From: Thermoplasmatota archaeon
Lineage (GTDB): Archaea; Thermoplasmatota; E2; UBA202; DSCA01
Assembly: GCA_046498345.1 (NCBI GenBank)
Contig: JAWOAW010000016.1
Span: forward strand, 1-41,549
DNA length: 41,549 nucleotides
Reading direction: 5' to 3'
The notes under the pieces are model-generated. The model did no database searches. It saw only the letters and a program-made list of their open reading frames with translations, and was not told the DNA's origin. Shown in pieces: positions 1 through 8,673 of the stretch (positions are counted from its first letter, which is position 1; the number at the start of each line of letters is the position of its first letter). The position numbers and the translations under genes are program-made.

Positions 1-1
1 C

Positions 2-193
2 AATGGATATCGAATTAATTCTTGTTGCACTTATGATTTGCAACCAAAATAATAAGAGCTAACTCAGTTTCCAAATTACAATATTTTTTATATAGCTGGT
101 GGTGATCAGGGTGAATACCCAGAAAATATTATGGTTGCATCAATAAAATATACATGTCTTGAAGATTGTTGGCAGGCGGTGAACGAAAAGTAA
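2..193 (+). pseudogene. Possible 3' end of an AT-rich bacterial CDS interrupted by tandem TAA TAA (50-55)
   Basis: Frame 2 reads NGYRINSCCTYDLQPK**ELTQFPNYNIFYIAGGDQGEYPEN...AVNEK* and ends just before a hairpin terminator. No family recognised. Confidence 0.3.
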
Positions 194-197
194 ATAG

Positions 198-225
198 ATG
201 CCAAGGGCTTAATGGCCCTTGGCGT
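198..225. terminator. Bacterial-type intrinsic hairpin terminator between convergent frames
   Basis: Perfect inverted repeat GCCAAGGGC (200-208) / GCCCTTGGC (215-223) with a 6-nt loop, just past the FKBP stop. Confidence 0.65.
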
Positions 226-235
226 AATATGTTTC

Positions 236-670
236 CTATTGCATATGTACAAGTTCAACATCAAAAATCAGTGCGGCATGCGGTGGTATAATGTTGCCAG
301 CTCCTTGCGTGCCATAAGCCAAGTTTGCAGGGATATATAGTCTTCTTTTTTCGCCAAGCTGCATAGTAGAAATACCTTCTTCCCATCCTTGAATAACGCG
401 GCCTGCGCCAAGAATAAATTCGATTGGCTGGCCTCGATCTAAACTACTATCAAATTTTTTGCCTGGTTGGTCATTGTCATTAAGCCAGCCAGTGTAGTGC
501 ACTTGTACAGTTTGCCCTTTTTGCGGTTGCGACCCAGAGCCCTGTTTAAGTGTTGTATAACGAAGTCCTGATTCTGTTGTATGTTGTTCCATGTGAGAAG
601 TTCCTTTACATCCAATAAGAATAGCCAATGAGCATAGCAAACTATATGTCGAAATTCGCTTAAGCTGCAT
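236..670 (-). CDS. FKBP-type peptidyl-prolyl cis-trans isomerase, probable bacterial lipoprotein
   Basis: Motifs VHYTGWL, KFDSSLDRG, VIQGWEEG, LAYG and IPPHAALIFDVEL. Signal peptide with lipobox-like ILIG-C. ATG 670 preferred over 694. Confidence 0.92.
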   Translation of the reverse strand: MQLKRISTYSLLCSLAILIGCKGTSHMEQHTTESGLRYTTLKQGSGSQPQKGQTVQVHYTGWLNDNDQPGKKFDSSLDRGQPIEFILGAGRVIQGWEEGISTMQLGEKRRLYIPANLAYGTQGAGNIIPPHAALIFDVELVHMQ

Positions 671-735
671 GATTGTTCCTTTTTTGTGTGGCATTAAAAA
701 TTTGAATTATTATATCACCTTTAATTGTATACACG

Positions 736-999
736 TTAATAGTATTTTTTTAAAATGTTCCATGCAATTGGGTGAGATGCATGCACCCAGCATAGTGCTG
801 GGTATACATAGCGTAAAGAACTGGCCATACAACATGGAAAAAGAGCAAGCACCAGCGCGAGAGCCGTGCCATTTATTAAAACTAATATAAGGCCAGATTG
901 TTTGCGTATATGAATGCAACCAAGTCCAATATAAGCAATAGCAAAGCATAATACAATAAAAAAGCTAAAGAGATAACGAAGAGTAAAGAGGGCAGACAT
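736..999 (-). CDS. C-terminal fragment of an AT-rich bacterial membrane protein, fused in frame to rpl24 at the junction
   Basis: Two to three hydrophobic segments. AT-rich codons unlike the neighbouring archaeal gene. Confidence 0.5.
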   Translation of the reverse strand: MSALFTLRYLFSFFIVLCFAIAYIGLGCIHIRKQSGLILVLINGTALALVLALFPCCMASSLRYVYPALCWVHASHPIAWNILKKYY

Positions 1000-1458
1000 G
1001 ATTTCGGGTTTTTCTGCCTCGCGGGCCGCCTCCTCCTCCATGCGCTGCTGCTCGATGATCTGCTGCTCAGCCTCTCTTTCGATTTCTTTTTTCTTTTCCT
1101 CGGAGAGACCGCGCTCGAGCTTGCGTCGCCGCCAGGGGTCGGTGAGATTGAGCTTGGTGATGATGACGTTGGAGCAGTGGATGGGCTGCGGGACTTTGCT
1201 GCCGTCGACCTTGGAGGTCACGGCTCCCTCGACCTCGACGGTCTGGTCGTCCAGGTAGACGTCGCGTACCTTGTCCGCGTGCCCCCTGAAGTCGCCGCGG
1301 ATGATCTTGACGGTGTCGCCGCGCACGACGGAGATGTTCCGCTTGTTGTACTTGACGATGAGGTCCTCCGCCAGATGCGAGGCAAGCCGCTTCCGCTTTT
1401 TATGGATCGGGGCGTTGTGATATTTTTTCCGCTGTTTACGTGGTTGCTTCGATGTCAT
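1000..1458 (-). CDS. rpl24: 50S ribosomal protein uL24 (archaeal L24P), 3' end truncated or chimeric
   Basis: SKQPRKQRK...RGDTVKIIRGDFRG...IHCSNVIITKL, directly after rpl14. No native stop is seen before the composition switch. Confidence 0.93.
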
Positions 1459-1462
1459 GGTA

Positions 1463-1861
1463 TCATACAATCATTGATGCAGTTGCCGCGATACGGGGCC
1501 ATCGCTCCGCCGCCTCCCGGGCCACGGGGCCCTTGATGGCGGAGCCCTTCATGTCCCCCTCGGGGGTGATGATGACGGCGGCGTTGTCCTCGAACTGGAT
1601 GCTCATGCCGTCAGCGCGATGGTAGGGACGGCGCTGTCTGACCACGATGGCCTCGAACAGCTGCCGTTTCATCTCCGGCCGGCCTTTTTTGACGGTTACC
1701 ACGATTTTGTCGCCGACGCCCGCGGAGGGCTGCTGGCGACGCGTGGTCTTGATGTGCTTCACGGACACCACCTCGACGACCCGGGCGCCGGTGTTATCGA
1801 TGCAGTCCAGGCGGCTGCCGGTGCAGACGCCCTTTGTGGTTTTCGCTGAAATGCCTCTCAT
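1463..1861 (-). CDS. rpl14: 50S ribosomal protein uL14
   Basis: MRGISAK...DNTGAR...FEDNAAVI...[25 protein letters not shown] overlap with rps17, so the true start is 1861, not 2134. Confidence 0.97.
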   Translation of the reverse strand: MRGISAKTTKGVCTGSRLDCIDNTGARVVEVVSVKHIKTTRRQQPSAGVGDKIVVTVKKGRPEMKRQLFEAIVVRQRRPYHRADGMSIQFEDNAAVIITPEGDMKGSAIKGPVAREAAERWPRIAATASMIV

Positions 1862-2169
1862 TGTTTCTCCACCACGACAAACGACACCGTCTTGCTCAAC
1901 GGACGGCATTCCATGATCGTCACCTGGTCTCCCTTTTCCACGTCGATGCAGGCCGGCAGATGCGCCTTGTATCGGCTGGATCGTTTCTCGTATCGCTGAT
2001 ATTTGGGCACGCGGTGCATCCGCTGTTTGCGCACCACGACGGTTTTGTCCATCGCCGTTGACACCACCGTGCCGGTGAGGGCGACGCCGCGGACGGGCAG
2101 CGTGCCGTGAAACGGGCAGTTGCGGTCGGTGCATTCGCGTTCCGGTTCTTTTACGTCAACTCCAATCAT
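1858..2169 (-). CDS. rps17: 30S ribosomal protein uS17
   Basis: [31 protein letters not shown]. Confidence 0.97.
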   Translation of the reverse strand: MIGVDVKEPERECTDRNCPFHGTLPVRGVALTGTVVSTAMDKTVVVRKQRMHRVPKYQRYEKRSSRYKAHLPACIDVEKGDQVTIMECRPLSKTVSFVVVEKQ

Positions 2170-2417
2170 TTTATCTTCCTTATTCTGTCTTCAGGTCGGT
2201 AGGCGATGTCGTCGCCGCGTACTTCTGTGCCGTCTATCTCAAACGTGGTATGGTGCTTTGGCACCCGCTTGGTGCCGTCGTTCCGGACGAGGAACGTGTT
2301 TTTGGTTTCGTCGATGATGGTACCTGCAACGTTCTGCAGCGTGGGGTCTGCAGCGTCGGTGACCCGTATCGGGAGGCCTATGAACTCATGTTTCATAAAT
2401 GTTTTCCTGTGCATCAT
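2166..2417 (-). CDS. rnp1: Ribonuclease P protein component 1 (Rpp29/Pop4)
   Basis: HEFIGL...[10 protein letters not shown]...RPEDRI, at the canonical position between SUI1 and rps17. Confidence 0.93.
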   Translation of the reverse strand: MMHRKTFMKHEFIGLPIRVTDAADPTLQNVAGTIIDETKNTFLVRNDGTKRVPKHHTTFEIDGTEVRGDDIAYRPEDRIRKIK

Positions 2418-2713
2418 TCCACGTCAACGGCAAATCCGAGTTCTTCCAGTCGTTCTCGCACCCTCTGTGTATGGCTGCCCTGCAGCTCTATCTTGCGGTC
2501 TTTGACGGTGCCGCCGCATGCACAGCATTTTTTCAGTTCCTTGCCCAGCCCTTCGATGTCGATGTCGGCGTCGTCGAGCCCTTCTATCACGGTCATCATC
2601 TTTCCATAGCGTCGTTTTTCGGTGTAAATCGTTATCTCCTGTCCCTCCCGGGCGATGTTCTCGCAGACACATAACTCTTCAGGCAGGCCGCAGACAGGAC
2701 AAATCTCACTCAT
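2414..2713 (-). CDS. sui1: Translation initiation factor aIF-1 (SUI1)
   Basis: CPVCGLPEELCVC, KRRYGK, LKKCCACGGTVK, IELQG. Confidence 0.95.
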   Translation of the reverse strand: MSEICPVCGLPEELCVCENIAREGQEITIYTEKRRYGKMMTVIEGLDDADIDIEGLGKELKKCCACGGTVKDRKIELQGSHTQRVRERLEELGFAVDVE

Positions 2714-2906
2714 TCAGTTCTCCTTCCTCCCGCATGATGGTCAGCATTCGAGCGATATTGCGGCGGATCCACCGGATGCGGCCCGGTGACTGCGGTGAGC
2801 CGCCCATGGCAGCCCGGCCGTATTCCTCCATCAGCTCGTTCCGCCAGTCTGCAAGCTGCTCCTGGCGTTCACTGCTATCCATGTCCCGCATGTCAGATGG
2901 CTTCAC
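2706..2906 (-). CDS. rpl29: 50S ribosomal protein uL29
   Basis: PGRIRWIRRNIARMLTI, plus synteny. Confidence 0.93.
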   Translation of the reverse strand: MKPSDMRDMDSSERQEQLADWRNELMEEYGRAAMGGSPQSPGRIRWIRRNIARMLTIMREEGELNE

Positions 2907-3877
2907 TTGTTCACCGCCGTTTCAATTGCTTCCTTGAGCTGTTTCGCCTTCTTGACACCGATGCCTTTCACCTCTGTAAGGTCGTCAATGCTCATCTCGT
3001 AGAGCTCCCGGACGTCCTGGATACCGGCCTTTTGCAGCCGCTTCATCATGCTGCTGCCGATACCGGTGATATCCTTCAGGTTGAGCTCATCCATCGGGGA
3101 TGCCTCCGGTGCTGGCTCCTTCGTTTCCTCAGGTGCCGGCTTCTGTTTCCTCTGTTTCTTTTGTTTCTTCGCCGGCTTTTTCGCCGCGGGTTTTTCCTTC
3201 GGTTTCTCAGACGGCTCCGTTGCTTTTTCCTCGGTCTCCTCCGCAGCCGGCTCCTCCGTCTCCCCCTGTTTCTCCTCCGGCTCGTGCAGGATCTCCACTT
3301 CGTCGGGCATCTTGGCATCCGGCCGCATGATGCGGACCTTGACGCCCAGCACGCCGGCTTTTTTCTTGGCCACCGCGATGCCCTCGTCCATGACCTGGCT
3401 GGCAACCTCGCCGCAGTACTTGACATGGCCCTTGGTGAACTTCTCGGTTCGATGGCGCGACCCGGTAATCTTGCCGGAGATGATGACCTGGCAGCCACGC
3501 GCCCCGGAGCCCATGATACGGCGGACCGTTGAATGGCCCACGCGGCGGAAATGCCAGCCGCGCTCCAGCGCCGAGGCGACCTTCTGGGCCATGATCTGCC
3601 CGTTGAGCGGGGCCTGGTTGCCGATCTCCTCGACCTCGAGCTGCGGGTTCTCCAGGCCGAATCGGTCCTCGAGGTTCTGGGTGAGCGCTTTCACGTTTTT
3701 GCCGCCGCGGCCGATGACGATGCCCGGTCGCTCCGTTGACAGCGAGAGCAGGGTGCCGAGCGGCGTGCGCTGTATCTCCAGGCCGCCGAAGCCGGCTCGC
3801 TCGGTTTCTTTTTCCAGATATTCTCTGATAAGCATCCGTTTCGCTCCTTCCTGGACGAACTTTCGCTCGATGGCCAT
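2903..3877 (-). CDS. rps3: 30S ribosomal protein uS3 with a C-terminal low-complexity linker and a helix-hairpin-helix domain
   Basis: AGFGG...TPLGT...RPGIVIGRGG (KH), ALERGWHFRR, GVLGVKVRIM, then an E/K/P/A linker and ITGIG...VKGIG HhH motifs. Confidence 0.96.
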   Translation of the reverse strand: MAIERKFVQEGAKRMLIREYLEKETERAGFGGLEIQRTPLGTLLSLSTERPGIVIGRGGKNVKALTQNLEDRFGLENPQLEVEEIGNQAPLNGQIMAQKVASALERGWHFRRVGHSTVRRIMGSGARGCQVIISGKITGSRHRTEKFTKGHVKYCGEVASQVMDEGIAVAKKKAGVLGVKVRIMRPDAKMPDEVEILHEPEEKQGETEEPAAEETEEKATEPSEKPKEKPAAKKPAKKQKKQRKQKPAPEETKEPAPEASPMDELNLKDITGIGSSMMKRLQKAGIQDVRELYEMSIDDLTEVKGIGVKKAKQLKEAIETAVNK

Positions 3878-3878
3878 A

Positions 3879-4322
3879 TTATTCTTTCTCCTCTACGATG
3901 AGTTCTGCATTGGTGGTTTGCTTGTTTTTTGGACTCGATCTGCCGAATGCGCGGGGCATCATGCCCTCGACCTTTTGTCCCTTATAGGCGGAGGCATGCG
4001 CTATCACCATGTTTTCCGTGTCCAGTCCCTTGTACTCGGCGTTGTTCTCCGCGTTTTTCAGGATGCGCAGGATGTTTTTCGACGCCTTCTCGGGATATGC
4101 CCCGGGTCCCATGCCCTTGCGGTGGGAGACGTCGCGGTTGTGCGTGGTGAACGGCACCGCCCGCTTCTTGGCGATGACGTCCTCCAGGAACTGTTTTGCC
4201 TCCTCGATGGACATGCCCTTGATGGCCCGCATGATGTTCTGTGAATGCTTCGGCGAGCAGTGCAGCTCGCTGCCATGGGCGCGAGCGCTTTTCTCCGGGT
4301 TTCTGTGTGCTGAATAGCTCAT
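3879..4322 (-). CDS. rpl22: 50S ribosomal protein uL22
   Basis: SPKHS, SHRKG, YPEKA, NAENNAEYKGLD, PRAFGR. Confidence 0.97.
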   Translation of the reverse strand: MSYSAHRNPEKSARAHGSELHCSPKHSQNIMRAIKGMSIEEAKQFLEDVIAKKRAVPFTTHNRDVSHRKGMGPGAYPEKASKNILRILKNAENNAEYKGLDTENMVIAHASAYKGQKVEGMMPRAFGRSSPKNKQTTNAELIVEEKE

Positions 4323-4326
4323 GGTA

Positions 4327-4758
4327 TCACTTCAGGGGCAGGAACTTGGAGGAGCGGGTGGCTCCCAGTCCCGGTCCGGTGTGCTTCACTTCCTTGCGCG
4401 TTCTGGCGAACTCGCCGAGGTAATGCCCGATCATTTCGGGCTGGATCTTGACGCGAACGAACTCGGTGCCGTTGTACACCGCTATCTCGTGGTCGAAGAA
4501 CGGGGGTAGGACGACCATGTCCCTGAGATGCGTGCGGATGATATCGCCGTCGTCGGCGTCCTTTACCTTCTGCAGGAGCTTGTGCTGCTCCCGGGTCATA
4601 CCGCGCGTCAGGCTGCGTCGCTTCCGCGCCGGCAGATGCTGCAGGAACTCGTCGACCGACAGCTCCTTCATCTCTTCGACGGTCAGGCCGCGATAGGTAA
4701 ACTCTTTTTTCGCGCCCAGGTCAAGCTTTTTCTTCCTTCGTCTGCTTCTCCGTACCAT
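4327..4758 (-). CDS. rps19: 30S ribosomal protein uS19
   Basis: FTYRG, IRTHLRDMVVLP, PEMIGHYLGEF, GATRSSKFLPLK. Confidence 0.97.
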   Translation of the reverse strand: MVRRSRRRKKKLDLGAKKEFTYRGLTVEEMKELSVDEFLQHLPARKRRSLTRGMTREQHKLLQKVKDADDGDIIRTHLRDMVVLPPFFDHEIAVYNGTEFVRVKIQPEMIGHYLGEFARTRKEVKHTGPGLGATRSSKFLPLK

Positions 4759-4762
4759 GATA

Positions 4763-5470
4763 TCACTTCTTTCCGGTCCTCCGTGCCGCTATGCTGCCCA
4801 CCTTTCTTCCCGGGGACGCATTCCGGTTGACGGTCGACGACTTGCCCACGTGCTGATGGGCACCGCCGCCATGGGGATGGTCGACGGGGTTCATCGCCAC
4901 GCCGCGCACCCGGGGGTAGATGCCGCCGCGGGAGCGGAGCGCGTGATGACGTTTGCCGGCCTTCATGAACGGCTTTTCGTTTCGTCCGCCGCCGGCTGCC
5001 ACGCCGATGGTGGCCCGGCACCGGGGATGCAGTTTTTTCTGCGCCCCGGACGGCAGCTTGACGATGACGTTTTTGCCGTGTCCCACGATGCTGCCGTGGT
5101 TGCCGCCGGAGCGGGCGAACTTGCCGCCGTCGCCCGGGTTGCTCTCGATGTTGTAGACGGGCGTGCCCTCGGGAATCGAGGACAATGGCAGCACGTTGCC
5201 GGGTTTGAGAATGCTTCTCTCGGTGAACCTGATGGTTTCCCCGGATGCAATCCCCTCGGGGGCGAGCATGGTGAACCTGCCGCCATCGCCGGTCTCGACG
5301 ACGGCGAGCGGGGACGACGTACCCGGGTTGTGGATGATGTCCAGGACAATGCCCTCGGTTTCCTCCAGCGAGGGATAGGCAACCGGGCCTTTATGCTTGA
5401 ACGACGGGCTCCGATAATGCGAGCGTGAGCGCGCAGAGCCTCTCCGTTGGTGTATCAATCGCTTTCCCAT
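4763..5470 (-). CDS. rpl2: 50S ribosomal protein uL2
   Basis: MGKRLIHQRRG, PGDGGKFARSGG, RVRGVAMNPVDHPHGGG. Confidence 0.98.
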   Translation of the reverse strand: MGKRLIHQRRGSARSRSHYRSPSFKHKGPVAYPSLEETEGIVLDIIHNPGTSSPLAVVETGDGGRFTMLAPEGIASGETIRFTERSILKPGNVLPLSSIPEGTPVYNIESNPGDGGKFARSGGNHGSIVGHGKNVIVKLPSGAQKKLHPRCRATIGVAAGGGRNEKPFMKAGKRHHALRSRGGIYPRVRGVAMNPVDHPHGGGAHQHVGKSSTVNRNASPGRKVGSIAARRTGKK

Positions 5471-5478
5471 TATATCAC

Positions 5479-5736
5479 TTAGAATATTCCGACTCTCATG
5501 GCGATGTCTTCCGCCTCATGTTCAGGTGTGAGCTTTACAACCGCCAGCTTTCCATCTTTGGCGATGCGGGTGGTCACCTTCGCCACCTCGACATCGAACA
5601 TCTGCTCGACGGCGCTCTTAATCTCTTTCTTGTTCGCTTCCATTTTGACCGCGAACTGCAGTGCGTTGTTGTCCTCCATAAGGAGCATCGATTTCTCGGT
5701 CACATAGGGATGCAGGACAATGTCGTAGGGGTTCAT
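5479..5736 (-). CDS. rpl23: 50S ribosomal protein uL23
   Basis: PYVTEKS, ANKKEIKSAVE, K.AVVKL. Confidence 0.96.
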   Translation of the reverse strand: MNPYDIVLHPYVTEKSMLLMEDNNALQFAVKMEANKKEIKSAVEQMFDVEVAKVTTRIAKDGKLAVVKLTPEHEAEDIAMRVGIF

Positions 5737-6494
5737 TGCATGTCCTCCATGTGCTCCAGTGCGTTGACGGTGAAAATGGTGAGCCTTCCCGGGTCTCCTC
5801 CGGGGGCGAGATGCAGTACGTTGAGTTCCTGTGGCGATACCACGTCCACTCCCATTAAATTGCCGGCGGCTTTTTTAACGTTTTCCGTGCTCCCGGCCAC
5901 GATGAGCACTGACCTGGGTGTCTTGTACCTGCGGCCGCGGCGTTTTCCCGTGCCGGCCCGGATGTGGCGGCCCCGCCGCGCACGCTCAACGTCGTCGTAG
6001 ACGCCGAGTTTTTGCAGCGCCGCGATCATGTCCTTGGTCCTGGTGAGCTGCTCGAATTCGTTGTCGACCACGAGGGGCAGCGTTACGTCTTCTCCAAAGC
6101 GGTGGCCTCGCTTCGCCACCAGCTCGGGGCTGGCGGTGGCCGCGAGGGCCGCACGCCGGGCGAGCGCTTTTTCTTTTTTGTTGATTTTTTTCTCCCAGTT
6201 TTTCTCTGGCTTGGGGGGATGCGCCGTTCGGCCGCCAACGGTGCCGGGCATGAACGCGGCGCGGCGTCCCTGGGTCAGGCGGGGGACGCGTGAGACGCCC
6301 CGGCCAGTCGACCAGGGCTCGACCGGGTGCTGTTTGCCGGCTCGTTCGTTGACGCCGTATGGCTGGCGGGCGTTGGCGCGCATCACGTTGAACGCTTTCC
6401 GTATGACGTCGGGGCGATGTCCCTGCTCGAATGCTGCGGGGAGCGAGCGTTCGTCGGTGACGGTGCCGTCGAGTCCATATACCTTTGCCTTCAT
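5733..6494 (-). CDS. rpl4: 50S ribosomal protein uL4
   Basis: RPDVIRKA, GRGVSRVPR, GGRTAHPP, HLAPGGDPGRLTIF. Confidence 0.97.
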   Translation of the reverse strand: MKAKVYGLDGTVTDERSLPAAFEQGHRPDVIRKAFNVMRANARQPYGVNERAGKQHPVEPWSTGRGVSRVPRLTQGRRAAFMPGTVGGRTAHPPKPEKNWEKKINKKEKALARRAALAATASPELVAKRGHRFGEDVTLPLVVDNEFEQLTRTKDMIAALQKLGVYDDVERARRGRHIRAGTGKRRGRRYKTPRSVLIVAGSTENVKKAAGNLMGVDVVSPQELNVLHLAPGGDPGRLTIFTVNALEHMEDMQ

Positions 6495-7471
6495 TATATC
6501 CCCTGTTTGCTCGTGGTGGAAATGTAGGTGATTTCCGGTTTTTCTACTTCTACGCCTTTCTGGTAGCGGATGGCGTCCCGCATGCGGATGAGGCGCTTCG
6601 CCGGGCCCGGGATGGACCCGTGGATGACGATGTAGTTGTTGCGGACGACGCCGTAGTGTTTGAAGCCCCCGTCGGGGGTGATGTCGTCGCCGTTTTCGCC
6701 TATCTTGAGAATCCGTTTGTTGTATTCGACCCGCGGGTGATACCCCATCTGCCCGGCCTGCGGCACCGTGGAGCGGACCCAGGTGAGCCAGGGGCCCAGG
6801 GTGCCGGCCTGCCGCCGGTGTTTCCGGTTTTTGTGAGTGAGCAACTTGACGCCGAATCGCTTGGGTGAGCCCTGGAATCCTTTTCCCTTTGTGACGGCCG
6901 CGATGTCGACCATGGTGCCCTCGCCGTAGACGTCGGCTACGTTGACGTCGCTGCCGAGCAGGCCTTTCGCGTGTTCAACCCGCGCCTCGATGTCGCCGCC
7001 GCCCACCCGGAGTTCCATGAGCTCCGGTATTTTTTTGGGCACGCCGGTGACCCTGCGGGGCATGGTATGCGCGATGACGCGGACGTCGTCGATGCTGTCT
7101 GATTCCAGGCTGCCGCCCCCGTTGTCCGGCAGGGGAAGTTTTCCGTTGAGGTCGAGATTGTCAGCCCATTGCTCCGTCGCGGTCTGGAGACCGTAGGGGG
7201 TGTCGCGGTACAGCCGGACAGCCGCGATTTTGAGCGGTGGAACCTCGACGACGGTGACAGGCACCTGGACTTCGCGGCCGGAAGTCGTCGATGTCGGCCG
7301 GTAGTCTACGAGCAGCACGTGGGTCATGCCTGCCTTGTAGCCGGCGAATCCCTGCAGCCGGGGCTCGCTGCCGCCCTCGGGCCAGGAATGGATACGTGCT
7401 ACTGGAGACCGTGAGCGTTTGCGGGGCGAATAGCCGTGTGAACCTCGTCTCGGATGATGTTTTTCTGGCAT
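6494..7471 (-). CDS. rpl3: 50S ribosomal protein uL3
   Basis: PRRGS..YSPRKR, GFAGYKAGMTH, TKGKGFQG, PQAGQMGYH. SD-like AGGTGA upstream. Confidence 0.98.
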   Translation of the reverse strand: MPEKHHPRRGSHGYSPRKRSRSPVARIHSWPEGGSEPRLQGFAGYKAGMTHVLLVDYRPTSTTSGREVQVPVTVVEVPPLKIAAVRLYRDTPYGLQTATEQWADNLDLNGKLPLPDNGGGSLESDSIDDVRVIAHTMPRRVTGVPKKIPELMELRVGGGDIEARVEHAKGLLGSDVNVADVYGEGTMVDIAAVTKGKGFQGSPKRFGVKLLTHKNRKHRRQAGTLGPWLTWVRSTVPQAGQMGYHPRVEYNKRILKIGENGDDITPDGGFKHYGVVRNNYIVIHGSIPGPAKRLIRMRDAIRYQKGVEVEKPEITYISTTSKQGI

Positions 7472-7503
7472 TGTTCACCTGATAGGGGGAAACTTTTACC
7501 CAA

Positions 7504-7526
7504 ATATACAATCATGTATATAAAGA
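7504..7526 (-). promoter_or_regulatory. Putative TATA box of the ribosomal operon, overlapping an inverted repeat
   Basis: Minus-strand TTTATATA about 45-50 nt upstream of rpl3. Perfect inverted repeat ATATACA-N4-TGTATAT at 7504-7521. Confidence 0.5.
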
Positions 7527-7547
7527 TAAGGGTGTCGCATCCGCCCT

Positions 7548-8612
7548 CTACAGGAGGTTTTTTACCCCTGCGGATGCCGGTCTGCAAATGTGCACGCGGT
7601 TTAAATATTTTGCCGCTGCCGCCCGGCATGCTTCAGCCTGCTCGTCGCTCGTCGGCGGCAGGTCACGGGAGGCAGACCCAGGCTCCACGGGCAGCAGGCG
7701 ATACGATATATCGGGATTACATGAGGCGATAAACATGGCGATAGCCGCCACCTCGTCCGCGTCGATGTAGCCGGGGACCAGCGGCGTCGCCGCCGCCAGC
7801 ACCGATGCACCGAAATCGCCGGACAGCATCTCGAACGAGGCGAGGGTACGCTGGTTGCCCCGCCCGGTCAGCGCCCGATGGAGCATTGCATCCCTGGCCA
7901 TAATCTGCATGGTCACCGTGCCGCCCGATGCGGCGGCGTGCTGTGTGGCCCGGCGGGTGAGGTCCGGGGCGGCGCTGCCGTTGAGCTCCCAGCAGATGCG
8001 CGGCGTTGCCTGCTCGAGAACGCGCTCGGTGACCTCGAGGAGGAAGGGAAGCTGTGGCCCGGGCGCCCCGCCGTAGAAGCGGATGCAGGCTGCCTGCCGG
8101 GCGAGCTGCTGTAGGGTGGGAATGCCCAGGCGTTTGACCTCGTCGAGGTGCCGATGCTCGGGATGGGGACAGTACAGGCAGTCGAAGCTGCAGCCGTAGA
8201 CGAAGACGTTGAGGCTGTATCCTTCGGCGTCGCATGACGATGCCCCGGGGCAGGCTCCCGGAGCCGAGACGTACTGCGTGCGGACGATGCCCTGGCGCTC
8301 TATCAGCAGGTCGCGCACGTTTTCCCGGAGGCCGCAGTAGCCCGCCTCGCCGTAGCCGATGGCGCAGCCGTTGGCGCATATGGTGCAGTGCACGCTGCCA
8401 TCGTCGGGCGGCTGCGCCGGCAGCCCGTCTGTTTTTCGCATGCGGGCATGCGCCGTCTCGGTGAGCCGGATGGATGCGTCGGGCTGCTCCCGGATGCAGG
8501 AACGGCAGACGCCGAGCGCGGCCGATATATGCCTGCCCTCCAGGCCGCACAGCCGGCAGCGTGCGTGTTCCCCGTTATCATCCGGCACGCGTTCCATTAC
8601 CCCGTAATGCAC
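7548..8612 (-). CDS. Radical SAM protein (PFL-activase/AmmeMemoRadiSAM-like, archaeal type with Cys-rich N-terminus)
   Basis: CxxxCxxC motif GCSFDCLYC, N-terminal CRLC/CRSC and CTICANGC...GYCGLREN, LVPGYID. Confidence 0.85.
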   Translation of the reverse strand: MHYGVMERVPDDNGEHARCRLCGLEGRHISAALGVCRSCIREQPDASIRLTETAHARMRKTDGLPAQPPDDGSVHCTICANGCAIGYGEAGYCGLRENVRDLLIERQGIVRTQYVSAPGACPGASSCDAEGYSLNVFVYGCSFDCLYCPHPEHRHLDEVKRLGIPTLQQLARQAACIRFYGGAPGPQLPFLLEVTERVLEQATPRICWELNGSAAPDLTRRATQHAAASGGTVTMQIMARDAMLHRALTGRGNQRTLASFEMLSGDFGASVLAAATPLVPGYIDADEVAAIAMFIASCNPDISYRLLPVEPGSASRDLPPTSDEQAEACRAAAAKYLNRVHICRPASAGVKNLL

Positions 8613-8673
8613 AGGGGATATATGATATGTTTGCCTGCACTATTTTTTTATACCGGGATGCTGCTCCGATACC

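Noticed and set aside
50-55. Stop-codon reassignment (TAA TAA in frame)
   Set aside because: The neighbouring AT-rich frames end normally at TAA or TAG. An error or pseudogene is more parsimonious.
736-1470. 244-aa uL24 with a transmembrane tail, read as a membrane-anchored ribosomal protein
   Set aside because: The tail lies beyond the abrupt composition switch and is best explained as a chimeric in-frame fusion.
3100-3290. Tandem DNA repeat in rps3
   Set aside because: Only a low-complexity E/K/P/A protein linker with no exact repeat unit.
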